A stretch of 64,000 nucleotides of DNA from a phage: the NCBI GenBank assembly GCA_017676145.1, contig GCA_017676145.1_3628.1, one strand, 5' to 3'. This document shows positions 8,832 to 17,270 of this stretch, one piece after another. Below the pieces are notes generated by a model, which worked only from the letters and a program-made list of their open reading frames with translations, did not search any database and was not told the origin of the DNA. The position numbers and the translations under genes were made by a program. Position 1 is the first letter of the stretch; the number at the start of each line of letters is the position of its first letter.

Positions 8832-9226
8832 AGATTGAGATCACTAAAGAAGGTAAGAAAGTGTCTGGCGATTATGCAACAGTAATTCGGGATGTAATGT
8901 TCGAAGTCACTAAGATTGGCACATCCAAGGTTGGTCAAACGGTGAGTGTGCAAGGTAATATCGCCTCAGGAGAGAAGATAATCATCGTGATCAAAGGACA
9001 AGACCCTGTGGAAGGAACAGTGGGCCGAGGAGGCTACCTGTGCATTTCTGAAGAACCGCGCATGCTGGTTGCTGATGACTCCACAGGTAAAAAGCGGGTA
9101 TGTAACACTGACGAGGTGATGATTATCTATCCAGTCAACCCGGATGATCCGGCAACATGGATTGTGGGAAATGAAATCTTCTCTTTAGAAGAGTTATCCT
9201 TCCCAGCTCCGCGCTTTGTTCAGTAA
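8828..9226 (+). CDS. hypothetical protein (132 aa)
   Basis: Track ORF; aaggag SD 8 nt upstream of ATG. Confidence 0.55.
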   Translation: MKIEITKEGKKVSGDYATVIRDVMFEVTKIGTSKVGQTVSVQGNIASGEKIIIVIKGQDPVEGTVGRGGYLCISEEPRMLVADDSTGKKRVCNTDEVMIIYPVNPDDPATWIVGNEIFSLEELSFPAPRFVQ

Positions 9227-9265
9227 TAATTTATCTTACCAGGGACGGTAGGAGTAGGAGGTAGC

Positions 9266-9499
9266 ATGAAAGTTAAATTTCTTACAGATTTAGGGTACCC
9301 TTCCTTGGTTGACTGCGTTGGTAAAATTGTGGAAGCAAAACGGCTATCTGCAAACGATAATGTTGTCATGGTTAAGGGAAAAGATTTACTGGCTGCAGGT
9401 GCAGAGTCTGGCAGGATCTCTCCTGACTATACGTATTACCTGTCTTTAAGTAATCTACCAGAACGAGGCGGCAAAGGCCTTGAAGTTGTGGAGGAGTGA
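9266..9499 (+). CDS. small protein, member of MKVK...KGxDLxAAGA...EVVEE paralogous family
   Basis: MKVKFL N-terminus, VKGKDLLAAGA core, C-terminal LEVVEE; ggaggt SD. Confidence 0.55.
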   Translation: MKVKFLTDLGYPSLVDCVGKIVEAKRLSANDNVVMVKGKDLLAAGAESGRISPDYTYYLSLSNLPERGGKGLEVVEE

Positions 9500-9503
9500 C
9501 AGT

Positions 9504-10022
9504 ATGCTATTAGTTGATTGGAAAGATTTTTATGGAGATAAAGACCCGAAAGCCTTTATATATAAGCCATGGAGATACTCAGAGAGTCAAATTGCTGCAA
9601 TAAACCTTACAGCAAAGCGCCGAAAAATTATCGAAAGTAAATATAGATACGCTCAGCTAGTAGCTGGTGTTTCTCCACAGGTAGAGAGTTTTGTGCTCAA
9701 ACTGTACGAAAAGTTTATGAGTTACGATCTGTCATTCGTGAAGGTTGGTGATGATTTATCTCCTGGTAACAACGTAACCCGTTGGAAAGTTTCATGTGAC
9801 AAAAAACTCCCGGTCAGTATTGAGGTGTGCCGATACTGGGGGTATCATGATTGTGGATTGTACGACTATCATGATGTGGAAATAAAGCCACGCAATCATC
9901 TAAGCGACCCAGAAAAAGATTACTTGAAGCATGTGATTCTTTCCATGTTTGGAGGGTACATCACAGAGAAAAATAGCGAAGACAGGGTATCCTTTCTTAA
10001 CAGTTTGAACCAGGAGATGTAG
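9504..10022 (+). CDS. hypothetical protein (172 aa)
   Basis: ATG at M9 of track ORF 9480..10022, preceded by gaggag SD. Confidence 0.5.
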   Translation: MLLVDWKDFYGDKDPKAFIYKPWRYSESQIAAINLTAKRRKIIESKYRYAQLVAGVSPQVESFVLKLYEKFMSYDLSFVKVGDDLSPGNNVTRWKVSCDKKLPVSIEVCRYWGYHDCGLYDYHDVEIKPRNHLSDPEKDYLKHVILSMFGGYITEKNSEDRVSFLNSLNQEM

Positions 10023-10023
10023 T

Positions 10024-10260
10024 ATGACTATAGACACTGTGCTGGTTTGGTATTGCGCATTGACCTTTCTGACAATGGTTGTTTTAGCAACTCTTTGCAT
10101 CATATCTTGTAGAAAAATTAAGTTTGACGACTTCATAACTATAATCACTGCCGCACCTTTTTGGCCTGTTGTTCTCTTCATTGTGGTTATGTGCTTGGTA
10201 GATCACTGTAAAACCGTCAGGAAAATGAAGGAGGCAGATAAGAATGGTAACAGTGCCTGA
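10024..10260 (+). CDS. small membrane protein (78 aa, two predicted TM helices)
   Basis: Hydrophobic stretches LVWYCALTFLTMVVLATLCII and ITAAPFWPVVLFIVVMCLV. Confidence 0.5.
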   Translation: MTIDTVLVWYCALTFLTMVVLATLCIISCRKIKFDDFITIITAAPFWPVVLFIVVMCLVDHCKTVRKMKEADKNGNSA

Positions 10261-10374
10261 AACTGTTTATGCTGTTCTTAGGGAGATTGCATTCTATACA
10301 GACCTTAGTTTAGCATCTTCATGGGAAAAGAGTATGTATTTAAAATGGTGCGTGAAATTAGAGGGGGCCTTCTA

Positions 10375-10494
10375 ATGTTTCAAGCCATGTTTATTGAAAT
10401 GCTCTCTGGAGTATTACTGCTAGTAGCCATTTTGGGTGGCGCGGCACTGATGTATAATTATCTTGAAAAAGGGGACAGTAATGACAAAAAATAA
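10375..10494 (+). CDS. micro-ORF encoding hydrophobic peptide (39 aa)
   Basis: ATG 6 nt after gaggggg SD; MFQAMFIEMLSGVLLLVAILGGAALMYNYLEKGDSNDKK; overlaps next start by 14 nt. Not on track. Confidence 0.35.
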   Translation: MFQAMFIEMLSGVLLLVAILGGAALMYNYLEKGDSNDKK

Positions 10495-10666
10495 ATCCTT
10501 AGAACAGGCTGAAAACCTTCTCCACGAGCTGGTAAAGGAGTGGAAAGTCGAATACTCAGATTTTAATGCAAGAGAGGGGGAAGATTATTGGCCTACGGAG
10601 CGCTCAGAGGGAGAGTGGTATCAAGATTTCATAGAATGGTTATATCAGACGTGCGATGAGGGGTGA
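10481..10666 (+). CDS. hypothetical acidic protein (61 aa)
   Basis: ATG at M7 of track ORF 10463..10666 preceded by aaggggac SD. Confidence 0.45.
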   Translation: MTKNKSLEQAENLLHELVKEWKVEYSDFNAREGEDYWPTERSEGEWYQDFIEWLYQTCDEG

Positions 10667-10668
10667 CG

Positions 10669-11124
10669 ATGTTTGTTAAATATGTAAAAACGTGCCTCAA
10701 CAACCTTGGTAGAGAGCATTGGTACACCCTGCTTGAAAAAGGAGAAATTTTAACAAAATCTGGAAAGATAACTTTGATACCCTTGGATGATAAAGACCCG
10801 TCACTACTTGTCATAGATGATTACGTTACAGGTGTGTCGTACGAAGTCTCTGTGGAGAGGTTAATACGCAGATCTGGAGGGCCTTATGACCGAAGAGAGT
10901 ATGTTTTCGATTCTGTTACAGAGAAGGAGGATCCGTCTCTAATGTTTAGGATGGTAATCAGAGATATGAAATCATCTATACATAGGATCGTAAAGGACAT
11001 TAAAGAGCCTTTTAGGGTAAAAGTTAAGAAGTTTTTTGATTCTAAGATCAACATACTCGCCGTTGTGCTGGGCGTAATTCAACTTCTGTTAATTTTGCAC
11101 TATCTTGAACTGTTGTTCAAGTAG
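10669..11124 (+). CDS. hypothetical protein with C-terminal TM segment (151 aa)
   Basis: ATG at M3 of track ORF 10663..11124; C-terminal ILAVVLGVIQLLLILHYL. Confidence 0.5.
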   Translation: MFVKYVKTCLNNLGREHWYTLLEKGEILTKSGKITLIPLDDKDPSLLVIDDYVTGVSYEVSVERLIRRSGGPYDRREYVFDSVTEKEDPSLMFRMVIRDMKSSIHRIVKDIKEPFRVKVKKFFDSKINILAVVLGVIQLLLILHYLELLFK

Positions 11125-11184
11125 TGTACAACAAGGCACAAAGGATGTGCCATGATCAAATAAACTAAGAAAGAGGTAGAGAGA

Positions 11185-11532
11185 ATGCCAAAGATTAAGT
11201 CGATACTAATGTGGGCAGCTGTTGTGGCTTTTGTAGGATACTGGACTTGGGAAACTGAATTAAAAGATATCGGATATACCAGTCTTGAGAGCAAGGCATG
11301 CATTGGCATAACCGATGCATTCAGGCAAAATGCTATGGATCACGAATGTGTCGATGCAGATATAGATGAGAAACTGTCTAAGGACAAGGATTTTTACCAT
11401 GGTCATGCCTTGCTTGATAGTGGTGACACTGTAGAATTCTGGTCGTGGTTCCGTGAAGATGGAACAATAAAGACAGCAGTAAAGATTTCCAACAAAGAGT
11501 TAATGCTGTTGCAGCAGAAGGAGGTGCAATGA
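11185..11532 (+). CDS. hypothetical protein with N-terminal TM/signal-anchor (115 aa)
   Basis: agaggtagagag SD; N-terminal ILMWAAVVAFVGYWTW. Confidence 0.5.
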   Translation: MPKIKSILMWAAVVAFVGYWTWETELKDIGYTSLESKACIGITDAFRQNAMDHECVDADIDEKLSKDKDFYHGHALLDSGDTVEFWSWFREDGTIKTAVKISNKELMLLQQKEVQ

Positions 11533-11816
11533 TTTGGATATCCTACACTGATGGCACCATGCTGTATACTGCAGGTACTAGGTATGAAGTTCAGGAGGAC
11601 GATAAAAAATTTATCGTAAAAACATTTGACAAGGACGACAACCTTTTGTTAGAATTGACTTACAAGGTTGGGGAGGTATCTAGCATCCAATTGGATTGCG
11701 GTCATAAAGATAACCCGCTCAAGAAACCTGGGGTAGGTAAAGCTTCAGAAGAACGCCTGTCTCGTATTGCAGAAAGTGTTTCTGCACAAAAATCTAAGAA
11801 GGGGACTAGAAAATGA
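11529..11816 (+). CDS. hypothetical protein (95 aa)
   Basis: Track ORF, start overlaps upstream stop (ATGA). Confidence 0.5.
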   Translation: MIWISYTDGTMLYTAGTRYEVQEDDKKFIVKTFDKDDNLLLELTYKVGEVSSIQLDCGHKDNPLKKPGVGKASEERLSRIAESVSAQKSKKGTRK

Positions 11817-12007
11817 AAAACTTACGTTTTAACACTTATTACTACAACACTTTGAATGATTTGTATTATATTGTTCGAAGTAAAAGTCCTGAAACAGTCC
11901 TATTCTGCCGCGAACCTTTCAAAGGGGAGGAAGTAGAGTCTGAGATGAATGTTAGCCATATTACCTCTTTGTTGCTCTCAGGTGCAATGGAAGAAGCAAT
12001 ATTCTAA
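11813..12007 (+). CDS. hypothetical protein (64 aa)
   Basis: Track ORF, start overlaps upstream stop. Confidence 0.45.
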   Translation: MKNLRFNTYYYNTLNDLYYIVRSKSPETVLFCREPFKGEEVESEMNVSHITSLLLSGAMEEAIF

Positions 12008-12025
12008 ACCAGTCGGGAGGGTTCT

Positions 12026-12211
12026 ATGAAGCACTATTGCCTGTCTGGTAGGATGGGTGCAGATTGTGATTGGATTTTCTTAAAACTTGTCAGCATCCGA
12101 GAGTCAATCCCAGAGGAAGAGCAAGAAAGCGAGCTGATGTCATGGATCAACTATTACGGCAACACTTTCCGGTATGTCAAAATGGAAGAGCTGCCAAACG
12201 AGGATGATTGA
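12026..12211 (+). CDS. hypothetical protein (61 aa)
   Basis: Track ORF with gggaggg SD. Confidence 0.45.
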   Translation: MKHYCLSGRMGADCDWIFLKLVSIRESIPEEEQESELMSWINYYGNTFRYVKMEELPNEDD

Positions 12212-12213
12212 TT

Positions 12214-12303
12214 ATGGTCGCATCAATATTAACGTTTATGGGTGGCGTGGCATTCGGATTCATTATTTGTCTGTTTATAGTTATTATGGCTATGCGAGGC
12301 TGA
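12214..12303 (+). CDS. micro-ORF encoding TM peptide (29 aa)
   Basis: MVASILTFMGGVAFGFIICLFIVIMAMRG between two track ORFs; weak SD. Not on track. Confidence 0.3.
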   Translation: MVASILTFMGGVAFGFIICLFIVIMAMRG

Positions 12304-12306
12304 ATT

Positions 12307-12591
12307 ATGAAACTGTTTGAGTGGTTTAAAAAGTTTAAATACCGAGCCGTTGCTGTATCGAAATGGACCGTCCGCTGGGTGGACGATGATGGAACACAAA
12401 TTCCAGGTGATCAGGATACAGGATACTGGGTTATGATGGAGAACGGATTTGGGAAAAGGAAGTTTAAATGTGTTGGTGCTCCTACTCTTTTAAATGTTAG
12501 AAGTGTGCCAGGGTACAGCACTATGGTTGTTTGGGAGCTATCCGGTGTTCCTCCTGCCAATGTGCAATATCTGCCAAACCCAGAAAAATAA
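12307..12591 (+). CDS. hypothetical protein (94 aa)
   Basis: Track ORF. Confidence 0.5.
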   Translation: MKLFEWFKKFKYRAVAVSKWTVRWVDDDGTQIPGDQDTGYWVMMENGFGKRKFKCVGAPTLLNVRSVPGYSTMVVWELSGVPPANVQYLPNPEK

Positions 12592-12603
12592 AAGGAGAAG
12601 ATA

Positions 12604-12888
12604 ATGAGCAATGGTGTCAGTAACAGTGCTGCAGAGTTTAAAGTGATCTGTAAAGGAACTTATTGGATAGTGAAACAGAAGGTGTACCTATTCGGTTTCA
12701 TACCGTTTTGGCAGAGATTTTGCTGGGGAGCTAACGAGCTTAAGAGATACGCTACCAAGTCTATGGCACTTATTGGTATAGCTGAATACATTGCTGCCAG
12801 AGACAGAGAGGGGAAAACTTGTTACTACACTGCTGACGAGATTCGTAACAGTGTTTACGTTCCACAACCGCCCGATGGAGACCGCTGA
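12604..12888 (+). CDS. hypothetical protein (94 aa)
   Basis: Track ORF with aaaaggagaag SD. Confidence 0.5.
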   Translation: MSNGVSNSAAEFKVICKGTYWIVKQKVYLFGFIPFWQRFCWGANELKRYATKSMALIGIAEYIAARDREGKTCYYTADEIRNSVYVPQPPDGDR

Positions 12889-13112
12889 TGAAAGTTAAAG
12901 TTTTAGATTCAAACTTCTATATTGGTCAAGAGCCTTTAGTTGGAAAAGTGTTTACCGCTATCCCTAACGAAGATTATCCTGACCTTTTAAAAATAAAAGG
13001 GGAAGATCTTATTGCCGCTGGCGCGTCTCAGGAATGCTTTGACAGTCAGTGGACCTACAACTTTGCCCTAGGGGAGGATGTGGAGGTAGTGGAGGACGAT
13101 TATGAAGGTTAA
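12888..13112 (+). CDS. small protein, MKVK...EVVEE family member (first gene of duplicated triplet A)
   Basis: MKVKVLDSNFYIGQ..IKGEDLIAAGA...VEVVEDDYEG; ATGA overlap with upstream gene. Confidence 0.55.
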   Translation: MKVKVLDSNFYIGQEPLVGKVFTAIPNEDYPDLLKIKGEDLIAAGASQECFDSQWTYNFALGEDVEVVEDDYEG

Positions 13113-13356
13113 AATTCTTGACTCTAACGTCTACTTGGGACAATCATTCCTGAAGGGAAAGGTCGTACCTGCTGTATACTTCGAAGGGTTGCCGTGGGAT
13201 GATCCTGTGCGGCAAAATCACAGCCATGTAGGCCACAATGTGGTGTTCATTTTGGGATCAGACCTGATCGCGGCTGGTGCCCCGGAATATTATTTCGGAG
13301 ATGACTCGTATTATGCCTTTGGGGTAGGGTCAGATGCAGATATTTTAGAGCCGTGA
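13102..13356 (+). CDS. small protein, MKVK family member (triplet A, gene 2)
   Basis: MKVKILDSNVYLGQ...LGSDLIAAGA; paralogous to 12888 and 9266 ORFs. Confidence 0.55.
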   Translation: MKVKILDSNVYLGQSFLKGKVVPAVYFEGLPWDDPVRQNHSHVGHNVVFILGSDLIAAGAPEYYFGDDSYYAFGVGSDADILEP

Positions 13357-13767
13357 TTGGGGACTGTTGTGAAAAATAAACTGTTCAAAGTTACAATGAA
13401 AATTCGCGGAGCTTGGAGCGTAAAGCAAGGGCGTATCCCGGAATTTGAGAAAGACTTCTACGTAGTCTCTACCTCTGAAGAGGCTGCATGCTGGCAGGCT
13501 GGCTATGCCTACGCAAGAACTTGGTACGAAGGGTACCAGACTGGGGGCTATGACGGAGAAATTGTCAGTAAGGGTGTGGAAGAAATTAATGTGTTGACAA
13601 GTGAAAAAGTTTTTGTTATAGTACATCCTGATTCCAGAGTGAAGCATTACTGGAATGCCAGAACAAAAACCTGGACACCGTTTGCAGATTCTGCTACACC
13701 ACTTTTAAACCAGAAAGCTCTTGACTCTGCCCCGAGCTACGGGGTTGTTGAAGAAAAGATAAGCTGA
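13357..13767 (+). CDS. hypothetical protein (about 130 aa), paralog of 15571..15966 (triplet A, gene 3)
   Basis: Shares HP..S.V.HYW...T.TWTP block with 15571 ORF; exact start uncertain (TTG 13357 / GTG 13369 / ATG 13396). Confidence 0.45.
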   Translation: MGTVVKNKLFKVTMKIRGAWSVKQGRIPEFEKDFYVVSTSEEAACWQAGYAYARTWYEGYQTGGYDGEIVSKGVEEINVLTSEKVFVIVHPDSRVKHYWNARTKTWTPFADSATPLLNQKALDSAPSYGVVEEKIS

Positions 13768-13784
13768 AATAGTGGGGTACTTAC

Positions 13785-14075
13785 ATGATGGATTTAGTTT
13801 TGGATACTGATAACACCGAATCGTTTAAAAAAGATGGTGTAATAAGCATGGACCAATCCTGCCATGCCAAGATTGACTCAAAATGGACCTACAAGTTTGA
13901 CGGTGAGATCTTCGCAAATGATGAGAAGGTCGTGGATGCTGTAGCCATTTTAAAAGCTTTAGGGTATGACCCTGTGAACTCATTGATCAAGGATCCTGTT
14001 GAGTTTGCAGAGTATGTTCGTAAAATGGCAGATCTTGCAGTGGATATTTTAAAAACTATCGACGACAAGCTGTAA
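13785..14075 (+). CDS. hypothetical protein (96 aa)
   Basis: Track ORF with ggggta SD. Confidence 0.5.
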   Translation: MMDLVLDTDNTESFKKDGVISMDQSCHAKIDSKWTYKFDGEIFANDEKVVDAVAILKALGYDPVNSLIKDPVEFAEYVRKMADLAVDILKTIDDKL

Positions 14076-14081
14076 AAACTG

Positions 14082-14110
14082 TTGACACAACATTTGATCT
14101 TTAGTATCAT
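14082..14110 (+). promoter_or_regulatory. sigma70-like promoter (TTGACA-17-TATCAT) upstream of hpf-like gene, followed by 5' UTR hairpin
   Basis: ttgacacaacatttgatctttagtatcat, then gaggg-tttggtt-ccctc hairpin (about 14121-14137), aaggag SD, ATG 14158. Confidence 0.5.
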
Positions 14111-14157
14111 TATTTTCAAAGAGGGTTTGGTTCCCTCTTCTTTAAAAGGAGCACGTT

Positions 14158-14475
14158 ATGCAGATTGAAATCACTGGCAACGTAGAGATCACTGAAGGTA
14201 TGGTGTCTTTCATTTCCCACAAAATGTCCAAACTGGAGCGTTTGCACCCATCTGCCAACTATGCACGTGTGAGTGTAAAAGTTGAAAATGATCACCAGGA
14301 AGTTATGGCTTTTATTTTTGACAATTCTGGGAAAGAAGTTATCGCCAAAGCTAAAGGTAGCGATGCTTACGAGGCAACTGACCGTATGGTGGATGTTGCA
14401 GCACGCCAGTTGGCTAAATGCGGTGGAAAGAAAGGTAAGGGAAAAGGTAAAGTAAAGATTGACTTTTGGGATTGA
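14158..14475 (+). CDS. hpf: ribosome hibernation promoting factor / RaiA (S30AE family) homolog
   Basis: N-terminus MQIEITGNVEITEG and ...AARQLAK closely parallel E. coli HPF (MQLNITGNNVEITEA...LARQLTK); 105 aa with Lys/Gly-rich tail. Confidence 0.75.
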   Translation: MQIEITGNVEITEGMVSFISHKMSKLERLHPSANYARVSVKVENDHQEVMAFIFDNSGKEVIAKAKGSDAYEATDRMVDVAARQLAKCGGKKGKGKGKVKIDFWD

Positions 14476-14484
14476 GGTGCTACA

Positions 14485-14586
14485 ATGGGTATGATTAAGA
14501 AATTAGTCCCAAATGTAGAGATTGCATGCTTTGAAATTATGTTTGCAATCGCAGTTGTAGTTAATGTGTTAGGTTACGGCTATTAA
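14485..14586 (+). CDS. micro-ORF encoding hydrophobic peptide (33 aa)
   Basis: ATG 5 nt after gaggtg SD; MGMIKKLVPNVEIACFEIMFAIAVVVNVLGYGY. Not on track. Confidence 0.3.
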   Translation: MGMIKKLVPNVEIACFEIMFAIAVVVNVLGYGY

Positions 14587-14612
14587 TATCAAATAATTGA
14601 GGAGACCTCTAA

Positions 14613-14882
14613 ATGAAAATTAAATTATTCAAAACTGAGCTGGCAGACAAAAACTGCGGACTGGTTGAAGGCATGATCGTTGAAGCACAACCAGTGGACT
14701 ACATGAAGGTGGTTCGTGATGCTCTGGGTGAAGGTTTTGATCTGATGGAGCCAGCTCTGCGAGAAGATGTCATCGAGATGGCTAAAAAGCACACACCGGA
14801 AGGTTTGGTAGTGTTTGTTGCTCCAGGTAACGGAGAAGAGTTGATTGTAACTCCGGATGTGTATGAGGTTGTAGAGGAGTAA
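14613..14882 (+). CDS. small protein with C-terminal YEVVEE (family-related)
   Basis: MKIKLF start, ends VYEVVEE; gaggagacc SD. Confidence 0.55.
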   Translation: MKIKLFKTELADKNCGLVEGMIVEAQPVDYMKVVRDALGEGFDLMEPALREDVIEMAKKHTPEGLVVFVAPGNGEELIVTPDVYEVVEE

Positions 14883-14970
14883 TCTTGGGTTAGCCATACT
14901 TCCTCGACAAGAAAGGTTTGTAATTATTTGCGGGAAAGGAATCCCCATCTCTTACCAGAGGTGATACTGT

Positions 14971-15234
14971 ATGATTGTTTATTTTAAAACTTCAGGTGGA
15001 TACCCTGATTCTCAAAGCTTGATTGGAAAAACGTGCACAGCATACTCGCCTCTTGATGATGAGGTAAGTGATACCCTACGAAATATGTATCGGATTGATC
15101 CACAAGAAGCTTTTGATCAGAACCTTGTATTTGTCAAGGGCTCAGACATGAAGTCTTTGGGGGCATTTCCTGAAGCAGATGATAATGCTGTTTATTCGTT
15201 TATGACCCCTTTTGAAGCTATGGTTGTTGGGTGA
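14971..15234 (+). CDS. small protein, MKVK family-related (triplet B, gene 1)
   Basis: ...VKGSDMKSLGA... core; gaggtga SD. Confidence 0.5.
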   Translation: MIVYFKTSGGYPDSQSLIGKTCTAYSPLDDEVSDTLRNMYRIDPQEAFDQNLVFVKGSDMKSLGAFPEADDNAVYSFMTPFEAMVVG

Positions 15235-15238
15235 GAAT

Positions 15239-15571
15239 ATGAAAGTACGCTTTATTGGTGAAACAATTCCTGTGCATCTCCGGTCGCCTGAGGATTCTGC
15301 AGATCTTGCATCTCAAAAGGCCAGAGGGTATGATAAGAAAGTAATCTCAACCGATGTAGAGCTTGAGGCTACCAGTCTGCCTGACCCTGCTGCATTCTTT
15401 AATCATTATGGATACTATTTCAGCAATCTGATGAATATCGGTGAGCTTGTGTTTATTAGTGGTGGAGAAATAGTTAGCAAGCTTGGCGGCGATCCGGATG
15501 TCTTTCATGAAACCTGCCCTTTTGCATTTGTGGTAGGTTCAGATGTGGAAGTTATTGAGGAGGTGCGGTAA
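15239..15571 (+). CDS. small protein, MKVK family member (triplet B, gene 2)
   Basis: ATG at M10 of track ORF 15212..15571 (MKVRFIGE); C-terminal VEVIEEVR. Confidence 0.5.
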   Translation: MKVRFIGETIPVHLRSPEDSADLASQKARGYDKKVISTDVELEATSLPDPAAFFNHYGYYFSNLMNIGELVFISGGEIVSKLGGDPDVFHETCPFAFVVGSDVEVIEEVR

Positions 15572-15966
15572 TGGTAAGTCTATACCGTGTTGAGTATAGC
15601 TCAGATACTGTATACAACGTAAGAAGCAAAGATCGTAGCGACAGAGTGCAAGAAATGTATGTTCTTGCCGACAGTCCGTTATCTGCAGCGTTTAAGGCAG
15701 GAGCTCTTGCATCTCGTTGGAAATTCGAGGGTGGATCTTTCTATGAAGAAACTCTTGAAGATTCTGTTGTTATTTCTTCTGTAGAGGTTTCAACTGACTA
15801 CGAAGGGAAAAAGTTCGTAATGCGGCACCCACACAGCAACATTGCGTACTACTGGGATGTTCTGAACAACGAGTGGACTCCAGATCTTCAGAAGGCCACT
15901 GTTCTGACTCCGTTCTTGGCAGATAAGTTCCCACCAGAAGGTAATTTATCTGCACTGTTTCAGTAA
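15571..15966 (+). CDS. hypothetical protein (131 aa), paralog of 13357..13767 (triplet B, gene 3)
   Basis: Shares RHPHSNIAYYW...NEWTP block with 13357 ORF. Confidence 0.5.
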   Translation: MVSLYRVEYSSDTVYNVRSKDRSDRVQEMYVLADSPLSAAFKAGALASRWKFEGGSFYEETLEDSVVISSVEVSTDYEGKKFVMRHPHSNIAYYWDVLNNEWTPDLQKATVLTPFLADKFPPEGNLSALFQ

Positions 15967-15984
15967 TTTTATTCTACACAGGTG

Positions 15985-16013
15985 TTGACAACACCAACCC
16001 TGTGTGCAATAAT
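15985..16013 (+). promoter_or_regulatory. sigma70-like promoter (TTGACA-17-AATAAT) flanked by inverted repeat
   Basis: cacaggtgttgacaacaccaaccctgtgtgcaataat; cacagg/cctgtg inverted repeat brackets the -35 region (possible operator). Confidence 0.45.
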
Positions 16014-16045
16014 ACCTTCATCTTAACAAGACAGGAGACTGATTG

Positions 16046-16303
16046 ATGAAGATTAAATTGAAAAACCTTGAAATGGCAGAGGTTCAGGAAGGTGTTGATT
16101 TCCGCTCTAAAGATGGCGACATCTTAGAGGCGAATATCCCGACCTATAAGTTGATTAAAGGTTTTGGCAACGTTCCTGAAGAGGATATTACAGACATTCT
16201 TATGATGTTGATCCTTGACGGGACCGTGTTTGTAGGTGAAGGTGAGAACGCTATTGCAATCCCAGGCCATTTTTATGAAGTAGTTGACGAAGAGGTGCTG
16301 TAA
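16046..16303 (+). CDS. small acidic protein with C-terminal YEVVDEEVL (family-related)
   Basis: ATG at M2 of track ORF; acaggag SD. Confidence 0.5.
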   Translation: MKIKLKNLEMAEVQEGVDFRSKDGDILEANIPTYKLIKGFGNVPEEDITDILMMLILDGTVFVGEGENAIAIPGHFYEVVDEEVL

Positions 16304-16654
16304 ATGAAAGTAGAGATCACAGGTTTTGATATGAATGTGGTTCCGGAAGATATTTTAGCTAAACTTCCGGAAGGTTTTGGTAACGGTGTTGTGGTGGATG
16401 CTGTCCCTCCTACCAAAGACATTCTGCTGCAGTATGGTGTAGCAGAGGAAGATGTCGATAAAGTTCTTACAATGATGGCAATAGACCGTGTTGTCGTTGT
16501 TAAAGGTCTTGAAGGTTTTGATGACGATCCTCTGATTATTCGTGGTGATGACTATCGCATCATCGACAACGAAGGCCAAGAGTTCTACGAACCTTCTGCT
16601 GAAGATGTTCTTAACTTACTACTGGAAGCAGGCACCGAAGAGGAGGAAGAATAA
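16304..16654 (+). CDS. hypothetical acidic protein (116 aa)
   Basis: Track ORF, ATG directly after upstream stop. Confidence 0.5.
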   Translation: MKVEITGFDMNVVPEDILAKLPEGFGNGVVVDAVPPTKDILLQYGVAEEDVDKVLTMMAIDRVVVVKGLEGFDDDPLIIRGDDYRIIDNEGQEFYEPSAEDVLNLLLEAGTEEEEE

Positions 16655-16983
16655 TGAAAATTGATCCGTTACTAAAGGCTCGTGCAGAAAAAGCATACAC
16701 TATCAAGCTGACCTCTCTGGTCCCTACTTGTCATCCGGATGTAGGTTGGCCTGAAGGCCTGGTAGAGGGGACTGTAACAGCTGCATACCTTCCTAACATC
16801 AAATACCTCATGGAGATCTTGGAGATGGATGAGGAAACGGCAGAACAGTTCCAGTTAGACATGAAGCAAAGTGGGACTCTGGTTATTCACGGGTGGTATA
16901 ATACTAAAGATGCAGAAGATCCCCTGGTAACTTCTAATCTGGCATATGAAATCTTAGGACCTTTGAACTTGGGGGAAGACTAA
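16654..16983 (+). CDS. hypothetical protein (109 aa)
   Basis: Track ORF, start overlaps upstream stop. Confidence 0.5.
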   Translation: MKIDPLLKARAEKAYTIKLTSLVPTCHPDVGWPEGLVEGTVTAAYLPNIKYLMEILEMDEETAEQFQLDMKQSGTLVIHGWYNTKDAEDPLVTSNLAYEILGPLNLGED

Positions 16984-17270
16984 TGAAAGGTTTGGTTAAG
17001 ATCAAGATTAAAGACACCAAGGGAGAACTCAGCCATTTTGGAATTAACGATGGTGACGAGCTGATCGCCCACCTGCCTACCAAGGAAGTTGTAAGCAAAG
17101 CTGTTGCCGGAGAAGAAGATGCAATGCAGGCTGCAGGTGTGGATGAAAACTATGTAGCAATGTGTATGTGCCGAGATCAGGTTGTTCTGTATAAAGCGTA
17201 TCGACCAAATGGAGCACCTGAGTGGCTTGTTTTCCGACCCGAAGGGTATGAAATTTTAGAGACGCTATGA
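16983..17270 (+). CDS. hypothetical protein (95 aa)
   Basis: Track ORF, start overlaps upstream stop. Confidence 0.5.
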   Translation: MKGLVKIKIKDTKGELSHFGINDGDELIAHLPTKEVVSKAVAGEEDAMQAAGVDENYVAMCMCRDQVVLYKAYRPNGAPEWLVFRPEGYEILETL

